Part shown: positions 31,150 through 41,149 of the stretch, piece after piece
Layout: every line of letters starts with the position of its first letter
Position numbering within the stretch: the first letter of the stretch is position 1
The notes under the pieces: model-generated
What the model was told of the DNA's origin: nothing
Seen by the model: the letters and a program-made list of their open reading frames with translations, nothing else
Database searches by the model: none
Program-made: the position numbers and the translations under genes
Source: a virus
Virus record (IMG/VR): IMGVR_UViG_3300021961_008712
Coordinates: 32,001 to 96,000 of that record
Direction: 5' to 3' (one strand)
Length of the DNA stretch: 64,000 nucleotides

Positions 31150-32162
31150 AAGGAACAGTTTTAATAACAGGGGTAGCAGGACTTCTAGGAAGTAGATTAG
31201 CTGACCACCTAATAGAAAAATACCCAGACCTTAAAGTCGTAGGTATTGATAATCTATCAGGTGGTTTTATGGAGAATGTAAACAGTAAAGTAAACTTTCA
31301 TAATATAGATTTAGCGGAAGATAATATTAACGGTGTTTTCTCTTGGCATAAACCAGAATATGTTTTTCATTTTGCAGCATACGCAGCAGAAGGACTTTCT
31401 CCTTTTATTAGAACATACAATTACAAGAATAATACAATAGCTACTGCTAAAGTAATAAATGCATGTATTAGAACAGGAGTAAAACGTTTAGTATTTACTT
31501 CTTCTATGGCTGTTTATGGACACGGATGGGAAGGTAAAAGACCTTTTGAGGAAGGTGATATACCTAAACCTATTGATCCTTACGGTATTGCAAAATATGC
31601 TTGTGAAATGGATATACAAGTAGCAGGTGAACAGCACGGATTAGACTGGTGTATAATTAGACCTCATAACGTATATGGAGTTAAACAGAACATTTGGGAT
31701 AAATATAGAAATGTATTAGGTATATGGATGTACCAGTACTTAAATGACCAGCCAATGACGATTTTTGGTGATGGTCAACAAACTAGAGCATTTAGCTATA
31801 TTGACGATTGTTTAGAACCACTAGAAAGAGCTGCAATCAAACCAGAGGCGTCTAAACAGATTATCAATCTTGGAGGTACTAAATTTACTTCAATTAATGA
31901 AGCTAATGCTATTTTAAGAGATGTAATTAAAAACGGTACCGTAGAGTATAGAGAAGGTAGACATGAAGTTAAAGATGCATATCCTACATGGGCTAAGTCT
32001 CAAGAAATTTTAGGCTATGAACACAAGACAGACTTACATACAGGTCTTTATAAAATGTGGGATTGGGCACAAAAACAACCTAAAAGAAGTAGATTCTTTT
32101 GGAATGAATATGAATTAGATAAAGGAATATATAGCTTCTGGAAAAATGAACCTGGTATTTGA
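31146..32162 (+). CDS. NAD-dependent nucleotide-sugar epimerase/dehydratase
   Basis: TGVAGLLG, SSMAVYG, YGIAK, NVYG and GDGQQTRAF. Confidence 0.92.
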   Translation: MKGTVLITGVAGLLGSRLADHLIEKYPDLKVVGIDNLSGGFMENVNSKVNFHNIDLAEDNINGVFSWHKPEYVFHFAAYAAEGLSPFIRTYNYKNNTIATAKVINACIRTGVKRLVFTSSMAVYGHGWEGKRPFEEGDIPKPIDPYGIAKYACEMDIQVAGEQHGLDWCIIRPHNVYGVKQNIWDKYRNVLGIWMYQYLNDQPMTIFGDGQQTRAFSYIDDCLEPLERAAIKPEASKQIINLGGTKFTSINEANAILRDVIKNGTVEYREGRHEVKDAYPTWAKSQEILGYEHKTDLHTGLYKMWDWAQKQPKRSRFFWNEYELDKGIYSFWKNEPGI

Positions 32163-33468
32163 AGATTTAAAATTTCAACTAAACCTCTATAAGGAGGATG
32201 ATAAAATACTAAGCGGTGAAGACCGTGTATGTGTATCTCCATATGCTAATAGAGTAAATATAATGAGAGATAGACAGCATTCTCTCCATCAATTAGATAA
32301 TAAGCTAATATACGAAAATGACATATTTGAAGTTACTAAATACCACGCAGATGATATCCCAGATGGAATATCGTATATTATTCCGGTAGGCGTTCATGAA
32401 TCGCCCCAAAGCTGGGCAGGATATAAAAACGTGAGTTCTATATTCGACCTTATAAGTCCTCTATATTTAAAGCATTTAAGAGAAGGAAGAGCATATATTA
32501 TGTTTGATAGTTCCTTAGAAGGATATCATGATGATGCTTTTTTTGAATTTGCTCATTCTGAATGTAATAGACTTAAAATACCAATAAAGAATATAATTTG
32601 GGTATCTGGAAATTCTATCATAGAAGATAGAGCTTTTGAGTGGAGTAACATGACTGGCAAAGAATGCATTAGAGTTATAGGATATAGTCACTTTCAATAC
32701 GACATTACAGATAACATAGATTTCTTTAATGCAAAGAGACAGTACATACCTACTTGGCAAGACCAGTTTGACTATAAAACAAGAAATTACGAATTAATTA
32801 AAGATTATAATTTTCTAAACCGTAAACCTAGGTCACATAGAATTGCATTTTTCAATATGCTTTTTCACAACGGACACCTAAGTAACGGACTAGTAAGTAT
32901 GAATCCTTGGGAAGGAAATAAGGACTGCTATATAGACGGATGGTATGCTGATCCAATACAGCTTGAACATTCCCTAGAATATACTCCTTTGAGATGGAAC
33001 GGAGAAGATAATATTAGTAATGCTCAAGATAAAATTAATAGGTTAAACGAAACAGCAATGCTTAACTCCTGGTTCACAGTTGTTAGTGAAGCAAGATTTG
33101 ACGACTCAGAAGGGACTATATTTTTATCTGAAAAAACTTTTAAGCCTATAGCCTGTTGTCATCCTTTTGTTATATTAGGTAATAAAGGTAGCTTGAAGGA
33201 ATTGAGAAAATTAGGATTCTACACTTTTGATTTTCTTATTAATGAGACTTATGATGAATTAGATAATATCGAAAGACTAGAAGCAATAGAAAAAATAATC
33301 AATGACTTTAGACATATGGATAACCATTTAGAATGGTTCCAATGGATGAGACCTAGACTAGAATACAACAGACTGGTCTTAAAGTTTAACAGTACAATGA
33401 AACCACCCCCAGGTTTCCATATATTAAATGAATTATGTGGCACTATCATAGAGAAAAACTTAAGTTAA
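32146..33468 (+). CDS. Putative GT-B glycosyltransferase (GT10-like SEK motif), paralogue 1
   Basis: FLNRKPRSHR...VVSE...FLSEKTFKP...HPF...GFYTF..NETYD. Confidence 0.55.
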   Translation: MNLVFEDLKFQLNLYKEDDKILSGEDRVCVSPYANRVNIMRDRQHSLHQLDNKLIYENDIFEVTKYHADDIPDGISYIIPVGVHESPQSWAGYKNVSSIFDLISPLYLKHLREGRAYIMFDSSLEGYHDDAFFEFAHSECNRLKIPIKNIIWVSGNSIIEDRAFEWSNMTGKECIRVIGYSHFQYDITDNIDFFNAKRQYIPTWQDQFDYKTRNYELIKDYNFLNRKPRSHRIAFFNMLFHNGHLSNGLVSMNPWEGNKDCYIDGWYADPIQLEHSLEYTPLRWNGEDNISNAQDKINRLNETAMLNSWFTVVSEARFDDSEGTIFLSEKTFKPIACCHPFVILGNKGSLKELRKLGFYTFDFLINETYDELDNIERLEAIEKIINDFRHMDNHLEWFQWMRPRLEYNRLVLKFNSTMKPPPGFHILNELCGTIIEKNLS

Positions 33469-34376
33469 CTAAAAATTCCAAAGCCCTAATAGTGTTAGGA
33501 GATTCTTTTGTCGAAGGACAAGGAGCGTTGACTGACTATGTATGGGAAAAATACGGCTGGTCTGAAGAAAACTTTAACCGTATAGGATGTGTCAAAGATG
33601 GGACTTGGAATCCTGAGCATGAGTATATTAGAACTGAAGAAATGAATAATGCATTTCCAAGTGTTATATGTCGGAATTATCTGAAAGATTGGACACCGGT
33701 AAATTTAGGATTTAGGGGTAATGGAAACCGAGCTGGAGTAAAAGCACTAACCACATGCTACCCAGATCTCAATTTACATCTTCCTAAAGAAAAAATTGTA
33801 ATATTTCTTGTAGGTCAGTTATGTAGGTTTGATTTTGTTGCTAAAGATTATGATTCACATTCTATGTGGCATACTATTTGGCCTCATGCTGATCCCGTTA
33901 CTGATAATATTGGAATAAAACATTTGTGGAATGGTTACGCTACTGAAATACATAACGATTTAACAGAAATGTTAGAACTTATATTTTTAGTAAAGGAATT
34001 ACAAATGTGGTGTGCATTACATAATGCTAAGTTAGTATTAATTAATTCTTTTGAATACAATTTTGATAAAACTCATTTTCTAAAAGTAGCACAGAGCCAT
34101 AACTACCCTAAGTACGTAAAACTATTAGTTGATGAATTTCCTTGGGACCTAGTAATGAAACATCCTAACGGAAAACGAGCACTAATAGATGAATTATTAG
34201 ATGCAGAAGGAAGATTAGATCTAACTGATAGCCAGCATAAATTTTATTTTTGGGCTAAAGAATATAAAAAAGGTACCCCTAACGGATATTTTACACCATG
34301 TGCTCACCCAACTATTAAAGGGCATGAACTTTATGCAAAACTAATTTACCAACACTTAAAAGAAAACGTACTTTGA
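33435..34376 (+). CDS. SGNH/GDSL hydrolase-like protein
   Basis: VLGDSFVEG, NLG..GNGN and AHPTIKGH. Confidence 0.7.
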   Translation: MWHYHREKLKLTKNSKALIVLGDSFVEGQGALTDYVWEKYGWSEENFNRIGCVKDGTWNPEHEYIRTEEMNNAFPSVICRNYLKDWTPVNLGFRGNGNRAGVKALTTCYPDLNLHLPKEKIVIFLVGQLCRFDFVAKDYDSHSMWHTIWPHADPVTDNIGIKHLWNGYATEIHNDLTEMLELIFLVKELQMWCALHNAKLVLINSFEYNFDKTHFLKVAQSHNYPKYVKLLVDEFPWDLVMKHPNGKRALIDELLDAEGRLDLTDSQHKFYFWAKEYKKGTPNGYFTPCAHPTIKGHELYAKLIYQHLKENVL

Positions 34377-35749
34377 TGGAAACATACCTACCGGTCGGTA
34401 AAGATACATTTAAATGGGAAGACTTTAGACTTACTTTAAGTATGGAAGGGTATGATTCTATTTATGGGGGTCCAAGACCTAATGGAACTTCCCGTACTTG
34501 GTACTATAAAGAGACAGGTAAAATTCAACCTCCATACACATTAGGTAGATGGAACTTTTTTGATGAAGAAGGTAAGTGGTTTCAAAACGATATGCTTCGG
34601 TTACAGCATCAACCGCATGTTATAGATCAACACCACTGTCATTATAAATTTAAAGAAGAATTAAAGGAAGGAGAAGAACACCTTTACATTATTACTGTTT
34701 TTAACCCTCACTATTTTAACATAAATAGAGAACTAGGATTTTCAGTAATTGATGAAAGATACAAAAAAGATGTAATTGAAGGTCGATGTGCTATTGTTAT
34801 ATTCTACCCCTGGGAAGGTTATTCCGGGATGGAAGGTAACAACGACTTTTTAATTGTTGAGGAATGGAGAAAAAAAGCTAAATTCCCTGAAGGATCTGTT
34901 CATTTTTTTACAGGTAATTTAACTGCAAAATATCATCCACATACTAAAGAGAGTGGAACAGTGTTTCATACTTTAAGTACTTTTGATAATTGGAACAGTG
35001 ATACAGCAGATTACCCTTTAATTGGGTTTGAACCAGAAGAGAATAAATACCTTTTTCTTTCCTATAATAGAAACCCACGTCAACCTAGAGTATACTTAGG
35101 GGCAAAATTACACGAAGAAGGTTTATTAGATAAAGGCAAAGTAAGTCTCGGAAAACCAGAGTGGTTAGATTCTAATGTAGGCAATACAATGAGACATGAT
35201 GGTATTCGAGATAAAGACTGGATTTGGCTATCTAAAAATCTTCCTATTGAATTAGGAAAAAATTTACATTTTAACTTAGCTTGTAACGTAACCCATGAAG
35301 ACTATATTAAAACGTTTTGTTCAATAGTAACAGAAACATTAGTCGAACCAGGAACTATTTTTATCTCAGAAAAAACTTGGAAGTGTTTTCAAGTTGGGCA
35401 TCCTTTCTTTTTAGTAGGTAATAGATTTACACTAAACCACCTTAGGAATGAAGGATATCAAACTTTTGGTGAATGGTTTGACGAATCATATGATAATATA
35501 GACGACTATAGATTACGAATTAATTCTATTATAAGTGAGATTAGGAGGTTAGAAAAGTACTCTATTGAAGATTTGAAAACTATTAGGAGTGAAATGAAAG
35601 ACATTTTAGAGTTTAACAAAAAACTACACTATAGACAGTTAGTAGATAAATGGGGCTTCCACCAGTCTAATAAGCCGGTATGGGTACTAAAAGAATTAGA
35701 TAAGATCTATCAAAAACTCGTTAATAGAAACAAAATTGTGTTACTATAA
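34373..35749 (+). CDS. Putative GT-B glycosyltransferase, paralogue 2
   Basis: FLSYNRNPRQPR...IVTET...FISEKTWK...HPF...GYQTF..FDESYD. Confidence 0.55.
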   Translation: MMETYLPVGKDTFKWEDFRLTLSMEGYDSIYGGPRPNGTSRTWYYKETGKIQPPYTLGRWNFFDEEGKWFQNDMLRLQHQPHVIDQHHCHYKFKEELKEGEEHLYIITVFNPHYFNINRELGFSVIDERYKKDVIEGRCAIVIFYPWEGYSGMEGNNDFLIVEEWRKKAKFPEGSVHFFTGNLTAKYHPHTKESGTVFHTLSTFDNWNSDTADYPLIGFEPEENKYLFLSYNRNPRQPRVYLGAKLHEEGLLDKGKVSLGKPEWLDSNVGNTMRHDGIRDKDWIWLSKNLPIELGKNLHFNLACNVTHEDYIKTFCSIVTETLVEPGTIFISEKTWKCFQVGHPFFLVGNRFTLNHLRNEGYQTFGEWFDESYDNIDDYRLRINSIISEIRRLEKYSIEDLKTIRSEMKDILEFNKKLHYRQLVDKWGFHQSNKPVWVLKELDKIYQKLVNRNKIVLL

Positions 35750-37044
35750 TGAAAAAGCAAAAAATACTTCTTAGTGTAGAACCATGGGATAGTATATTAG
35801 GAACTAATAGACCTAATGGTACATCTAGAACATGGAATTATCAAGAGACAGGTACTCCATCTATACTGTATACAATTACTGAGGACTTACTTAATAGCTC
35901 TCCTGATGAAATCTTTCATAATACCACCCTTTTTATGTCCTCAGATGATTTTCATAAAGTAGAAATACATGAAATTGAAAATCAGAAACACCTATATGTT
36001 ATTCGAGTACTTAATCACCAATTTTTTAAACTAAACCTTAATACTGGATTCAGTGTAATATCTCCCAAAGTACTAGTAGACGTAAAAGAAGGAAAAGCAA
36101 GAATAATAATAGAAATGACATCAGAAGGTTTATACTTTTCTCATGCGGGTACTGAATTTTCTGTTATTGAGAGATGGAGAGTTAAAGAAGGATTACCTCC
36201 TCATAGCGTAACTATACTTTCCGGAAATTTGCTTTGTCAAAAAATTGTACAGGAAGCAGATTTAAAATTGAATGCATATCCTATATCTTCTTTTGAAGGG
36301 TTTTTCCCATTGTCTGAAGAAGATAAAGATCCTAATAAAATAGTTGACTATATTCCTTGTAATGATGCAAATATTTTCTTATCTTATAATAGAGCACAAC
36401 GATTACATAGAGCTTATTTAGTAGCTAAATTAAATGAAAATAATTTACTAAATAGAGGATTAATAAGCTATCAGATATCCGAGGCAGATTTTAGTAGATT
36501 AACACCAAATCTATACGATAGAGAAAAATGGAGAAAATTAAAATTATTAGGACCTAAATTTATAGATTCTGATCAACTAGAAAATCTGGCACAAAATACA
36601 AACATATCTCACTACGAAAAAACATTCTTAAGCATAATTACAGAAACAACTATTAACCCAGGATGCATCTTTTTTTCGGAAAAAATATTTAAGCCAATGG
36701 CGTTTGGACATCCTTTTTTACTTTTAGGAAACCCCCACTCTTTGAGTAAGTTAAAAGAAATGGGGTATAAAACGTTTGATACATGGTTCGATGAATCTTA
36801 TGATAATGAAGTAGATGAATTTAAACGTACAGAATTGATTGTAAAAGAAATAATAAAGTTAAAAAATCTTACCCAAGAAAAATTAAGCTCCATTAGGGAG
36901 GAGATGAAAGATGTTTTACTTCATAATAAAAGACACTATCTAGAACAAGCAGCTCTAAAGTTTAAGCATAGATACTACCTTCCTATAGAAGGAGAAATCA
37001 AAAACGAATGGAAAACTCTCTGCGAGGACTCTAAACTAATATGA
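35749..37044 (+). CDS. Putative GT-B glycosyltransferase, paralogue 3
   Basis: FLSYNRAQRLHR...IITET...FFSEKIFKP...HPF...GYKTF..FDESYD. Confidence 0.55.
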   Translation: MKKQKILLSVEPWDSILGTNRPNGTSRTWNYQETGTPSILYTITEDLLNSSPDEIFHNTTLFMSSDDFHKVEIHEIENQKHLYVIRVLNHQFFKLNLNTGFSVISPKVLVDVKEGKARIIIEMTSEGLYFSHAGTEFSVIERWRVKEGLPPHSVTILSGNLLCQKIVQEADLKLNAYPISSFEGFFPLSEEDKDPNKIVDYIPCNDANIFLSYNRAQRLHRAYLVAKLNENNLLNRGLISYQISEADFSRLTPNLYDREKWRKLKLLGPKFIDSDQLENLAQNTNISHYEKTFLSIITETTINPGCIFFSEKIFKPMAFGHPFLLLGNPHSLSKLKEMGYKTFDTWFDESYDNEVDEFKRTELIVKEIIKLKNLTQEKLSSIREEMKDVLLHNKRHYLEQAALKFKHRYYLPIEGEIKNEWKTLCEDSKLI

Positions 37045-38933
37045 AAAACTTATACCTTGTACAAGTAGCCGACAAATATGGTCCAAATAGCTTTCTGCCT
37101 GTAGCGATTAGCTATCAGTGGATGTTTGCTAGTACAAGTAAGTTAGTAAAAGAAAACTTTAGAGTAGCTGATGTACTTATTGAAAAAAAGAATCCACATA
37201 AATATGTTGACTCTATAGTAGACGAACCTCACGTTATAATGCTCAGTTCTTACGTATGGAATTGGGAATATAATAAAGTCTTAGCTAGACTAATTAAAGC
37301 TAAATTCCCAAACTGTCTTGTAGTTACAGGTGGACCTAATGTAGATAAAAGAGATAAAGACTTTTTTACTAACTATCCTATGTTTGATATAGCAGTCATG
37401 GGCGAAGGAGAACAAGCATCAAAAGAGATCTTAAAAAGATATCTCAAAAAAGAATCTTATAAAGGTATTCCTCATGTATTTCCAAAAGGAGGTGAGCTAT
37501 GCCCATTACCTCAAAGAGCTGAAGACTTAAACATAATACCCTCACCTATACTTACAGGCTTTTATGACTGGATAATAGAAAGAGTTGAAGCAGAGCACGG
37601 ACCTCAAATGTGGCAGGTAACTTATGAAACACTAAGAGGTTGTCCCTATAGGTGTTCTTTTTGCGATATCGGAGACTTATACTGGCAAAAGCTAAAACTT
37701 TTTGACCTACCTAGAGTAGAAAAAGAAATAGATTGGATGTCAGATAGAAAAATAGAATATGTAGCAGTTTGCGACTCCAATTGGGGATTAATGCCTAGAG
37801 ATGTTGATATAACAAAGTATGTAATTAAAAAGAAATTAGAAACTGGATTTCCTAAATTCTGGGATGTAACCTGGGCAAAAGCTAACTCAGACAGAATCTA
37901 TGAAATTGCAATGCTTGATAAAAAAGCCGGTACTCGTTTGTTTAAAGGAGTTACTTTTGCTATGCAATCCCTTCATCAAGAGACCTTAGATGCCTCTAGA
38001 AGGTTAAATTTAAAGTATGAGGATGCTTTTGAATACTTAATTAAGTACCGTGAAGCAGATATACCTACTTACTCAGAGTTAATCTGGCCTATGCCTGAAG
38101 AAACTTATGACTCTCTTAAAAGCGGGATACAGAAACTTATTGATATTGGTCAAAAAGATTTCTTAATGGTACACCCACTTGTTTTAACTTTTAATGCTGA
38201 AATGGGACAACCTGCATATAGAGAAAAATACGGGTTATTATTTAAAGAAGTTCCTTTAGATACTTTTTACCTTAGTGTAGAAGATTTAGAAGACTATATC
38301 GTTGAAAAGACATGGGGTGTAATTGGAACTAACACAGCATCCCCACAAGAGGTATATAGAGGTCATTTATTATCCCATCTATTAATAGTTATGTACTATT
38401 ACGGCTGGGGTCATTATCTTCTTGAATATCTTAAATCTAAATATAACATTGATCATGTAGATGTTATAGAAAAAATGTTAGAATACTTTATGGAAACTCC
38501 TAGTTTAATTGGATCTGAATTACAAGAGACTATTAATGGACTAACAGGAGTATTTAATGAACAAAAATTTTGGGGTAGACAGGTTTTAGGCGACGATGAT
38601 GTATTTTGGGAGTACAAAGGAGCGACTAGTATAGTATTTTTTCAAAACAGAGATAAACTAAGTTTAGAACTAAACAATTTCTGTAAAGAAGCCCTTAATA
38701 TAGATGCATCAGACGCTATTAGGCTCAACTTAGATATGTGTCACGATCCTAATCGTAATTATCCTCTTACTAACACATACGAGGAAGATACGGTACTTAA
38801 CTGTTTAAATAGTTATGATAAGACTATAACGATAGACCACTACGACAAAACAGAAATGACAGAAAAAGAGTTTTTTCATACGGCCTATCACTATCAACGT
38901 AAAAATAGATATTGGAGATGTCAAATTTTATAG
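37041..38933 (+). CDS. Cobalamin-dependent (class B) radical SAM enzyme
   Basis: B12-domain motifs SSYVWN, GGPNV and GEGE, then RGCPYRCSFC. Confidence 0.9.
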   Translation: MKNLYLVQVADKYGPNSFLPVAISYQWMFASTSKLVKENFRVADVLIEKKNPHKYVDSIVDEPHVIMLSSYVWNWEYNKVLARLIKAKFPNCLVVTGGPNVDKRDKDFFTNYPMFDIAVMGEGEQASKEILKRYLKKESYKGIPHVFPKGGELCPLPQRAEDLNIIPSPILTGFYDWIIERVEAEHGPQMWQVTYETLRGCPYRCSFCDIGDLYWQKLKLFDLPRVEKEIDWMSDRKIEYVAVCDSNWGLMPRDVDITKYVIKKKLETGFPKFWDVTWAKANSDRIYEIAMLDKKAGTRLFKGVTFAMQSLHQETLDASRRLNLKYEDAFEYLIKYREADIPTYSELIWPMPEETYDSLKSGIQKLIDIGQKDFLMVHPLVLTFNAEMGQPAYREKYGLLFKEVPLDTFYLSVEDLEDYIVEKTWGVIGTNTASPQEVYRGHLLSHLLIVMYYYGWGHYLLEYLKSKYNIDHVDVIEKMLEYFMETPSLIGSELQETINGLTGVFNEQKFWGRQVLGDDDVFWEYKGATSIVFFQNRDKLSLELNNFCKEALNIDASDAIRLNLDMCHDPNRNYPLTNTYEEDTVLNCLNSYDKTITIDHYDKTEMTEKEFFHTAYHYQRKNRYWRCQIL

Positions 38934-38942
38934 ATAAACAAA

Positions 38943-40007
38943 ATGATATACGACTCTAAAGATAGCTTTCTCTATGTAAACGTATGGGAATGGTTAACCC
39001 CAGACGATGTACTAAATTTTATTAATTTACATAAAGTAGATAACCTAGTTTTTGATTCTACTTCTGAACCGTTTTTATTTGACCCCAACAATCGCTTGGA
39101 TGAACTTTTTTTTGATGGATTAAATAATCTCAATTTAAGAAAGTGTAATATATTTACAGGTCATTTTATAGATAATGAAACTATAAACAAATTCCCTAAT
39201 TTAAAATTCAGTACTTTTCCATTCATTTTTCTAAGTAAAACAGCAGCATGCTCACATACTGGTTTTAATTTTCCTCTTTTAACTTTTGATAAAGAGAACA
39301 TAAAAACTTTATTTCATTCCCATATAGGTAGACCTAGAGAGCATAGATGTATGCTTATAGACTACTTAAGTAAGGAAGGTTTATTTGATTACTCTACTAT
39401 GAGCTATGTAATTAATATAAGTGAATATATTGGTTCAAATAACAAGGAACATATAGACGGTTATTTTAAATACAAATATTGGACAGAAACTAAACTTATT
39501 GATAGTAGTGATAAAGGAGTAGAGACTGCTTTTATTGACAATTATGCTAAACCTGGAGAACAGTACATTAATAGCTTATTTGATTTAGTTCAAGAAACCA
39601 GCCCTGATCATATATTCTGGACAGAAAAAACCTGGAAGCCTGTTTTATATGAAAAGCCTTTCATTATTTGGGGAGCACCAAAAATTAATAGTAGATTAAA
39701 AGAGTTTGGATTTAAATTATTTGATTCTGTAGTAGATTATAGTTTTGACGAAATAGAAGACACAGAGGAAAGAGCTAAAGCATTAGTTAGTGAGTTAAAA
39801 AGACTTTCATCCGGTAATTATCAACAAATGTACAGTGATATGAGAGATGTTTGTGAAACAAATAGAAAACAGGCTATAGAGATTATTTATAATGAAAAAT
39901 CTGAGAGACCTATTTTTTCTCAAATAAGCAAACTAACCTCCAGATTTAGTCAACTTATCTTTAATTTTGACGAATTAAATATATGTCAACACCAGATACA
40001 ATTATAA
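38943..40007 (+). CDS. Putative GT-B glycosyltransferase, paralogue 4
   Basis: GRPREHR...LVQET...FWTEKTWKP...KPF...GFKLF..DYSFD. Confidence 0.55.
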   Translation: MIYDSKDSFLYVNVWEWLTPDDVLNFINLHKVDNLVFDSTSEPFLFDPNNRLDELFFDGLNNLNLRKCNIFTGHFIDNETINKFPNLKFSTFPFIFLSKTAACSHTGFNFPLLTFDKENIKTLFHSHIGRPREHRCMLIDYLSKEGLFDYSTMSYVINISEYIGSNNKEHIDGYFKYKYWTETKLIDSSDKGVETAFIDNYAKPGEQYINSLFDLVQETSPDHIFWTEKTWKPVLYEKPFIIWGAPKINSRLKEFGFKLFDSVVDYSFDEIEDTEERAKALVSELKRLSSGNYQQMYSDMRDVCETNRKQAIEIIYNEKSERPIFSQISKLTSRFSQLIFNFDELNICQHQIQL

Positions 40008-40008
40008 G

Positions 40009-41091
40009 ATGTCACCTAAAGTAAGAATAATAAATCAGTGGAGTAATGAGTATAATGTCGCCGACTATCAATGGTGGTACAATGATTTATTAGAGCAAAA
40101 TTACGATGTTCTAATTTTTAACGGACTATGGGAATGGGAATTTTATCATCCTTGGGATCATAAAAACGAATGGAAATATAAATTTGAAAAATTAGTATAC
40201 GAAAGAGGAGTACAAATTTATATACTCCATGGTACAAACGGTCCTATACATAAAGGAAGAGTAAAAACTACTGTACCTGGAGATACTGTTTATATGCACT
40301 TTCCTTTATTTTGGCTATACTGTACAGGGTTTTATGGAAGAGGAGCCGTAGATGATCCTGAAGGACATATCTTAACATATGATCTTGAACATAATAAAAG
40401 ACATTCTCAACCCATCAACCCAGATACATTGTTTATTAGCCTAGTTAATAAAGCACACGACCATCGCTGTTATGGAATGGATCAACTTGCTAGGTATAAG
40501 ATACTTACAAACGGAGTAGCTAAAAATGGAATTATAAATTATAGCTGGCACGATCAGTTAGATCAGAGTAAAGACTACCCATTCGTGTATTGGAAGTACC
40601 AAAAGACCTCTTTATCTGATCCTTATTCTGTGAATTTAGATTCATATATGACTACCCCTGATGAACAATTTAGTTCTGCATTTAATATAGTTTTTGAATC
40701 TCATATGCACGAAACATTTTGGACCGAAAAAACATTTACTGCAATACTACTAGGTAAACCCTTTTTAATTTTAGGCGGGGAAGATATGAATATCGGTCTT
40801 AGTCCTTATGGATTTGAAAAATTTGATGAGGTTATCGATTACAGTATTGATTTAGATCCAAATTATCAATCTAGATACAGTAGATATGCTCAAAACCTAG
40901 CAAATATAAAACAAGAATATTTGGGTAAAGAAAAAGAACTTTATAATCTACTTAAACCAAAAGCAGAACACAATAAGCAACTAATGATTACAATTCTTAA
41001 AGAAAAAAAATTTATACCTCCTGCTATCAAAGAGCTTTTAGAAAGATACAATGTAGCAAATAAAGTGGGAGGATTTGATTTTTTACTTTAA
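40009..41091 (+). CDS. Putative GT-B glycosyltransferase, paralogue 5
   Basis: NKAHDHR...IVFES...FWTEKTF...KPF...GFEKF..DYSID. Confidence 0.55.
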   Translation: MSPKVRIINQWSNEYNVADYQWWYNDLLEQNYDVLIFNGLWEWEFYHPWDHKNEWKYKFEKLVYERGVQIYILHGTNGPIHKGRVKTTVPGDTVYMHFPLFWLYCTGFYGRGAVDDPEGHILTYDLEHNKRHSQPINPDTLFISLVNKAHDHRCYGMDQLARYKILTNGVAKNGIINYSWHDQLDQSKDYPFVYWKYQKTSLSDPYSVNLDSYMTTPDEQFSSAFNIVFESHMHETFWTEKTFTAILLGKPFLILGGEDMNIGLSPYGFEKFDEVIDYSIDLDPNYQSRYSRYAQNLANIKQEYLGKEKELYNLLKPKAEHNKQLMITILKEKKFIPPAIKELLERYNVANKVGGFDFLL

Positions 41092-41096
41092 AAAAG

Positions 41097-41125
41097 TTGT
41101 TTTTTTGATATTTATTTTATATATT
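41097..41125 (+). promoter_or_regulatory. Sigma70-like promoter TTGTTT-N17-TATATT
   Basis: Exact 17-nt spacer, intergenic, upstream of the dehydrogenase. Confidence 0.6.
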
Positions 41126-41149
41126 GTTATTAACTAAAACACAGTTTTC

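Noticed and set aside
23458-38933. Aminoglycoside antibiotic biosynthesis cluster
   Set aside because: The enzyme families overlap, but no cyclitol synthase, exporter or resistance gene is seen, and the many transferases and virion context favour a glycoconjugate.
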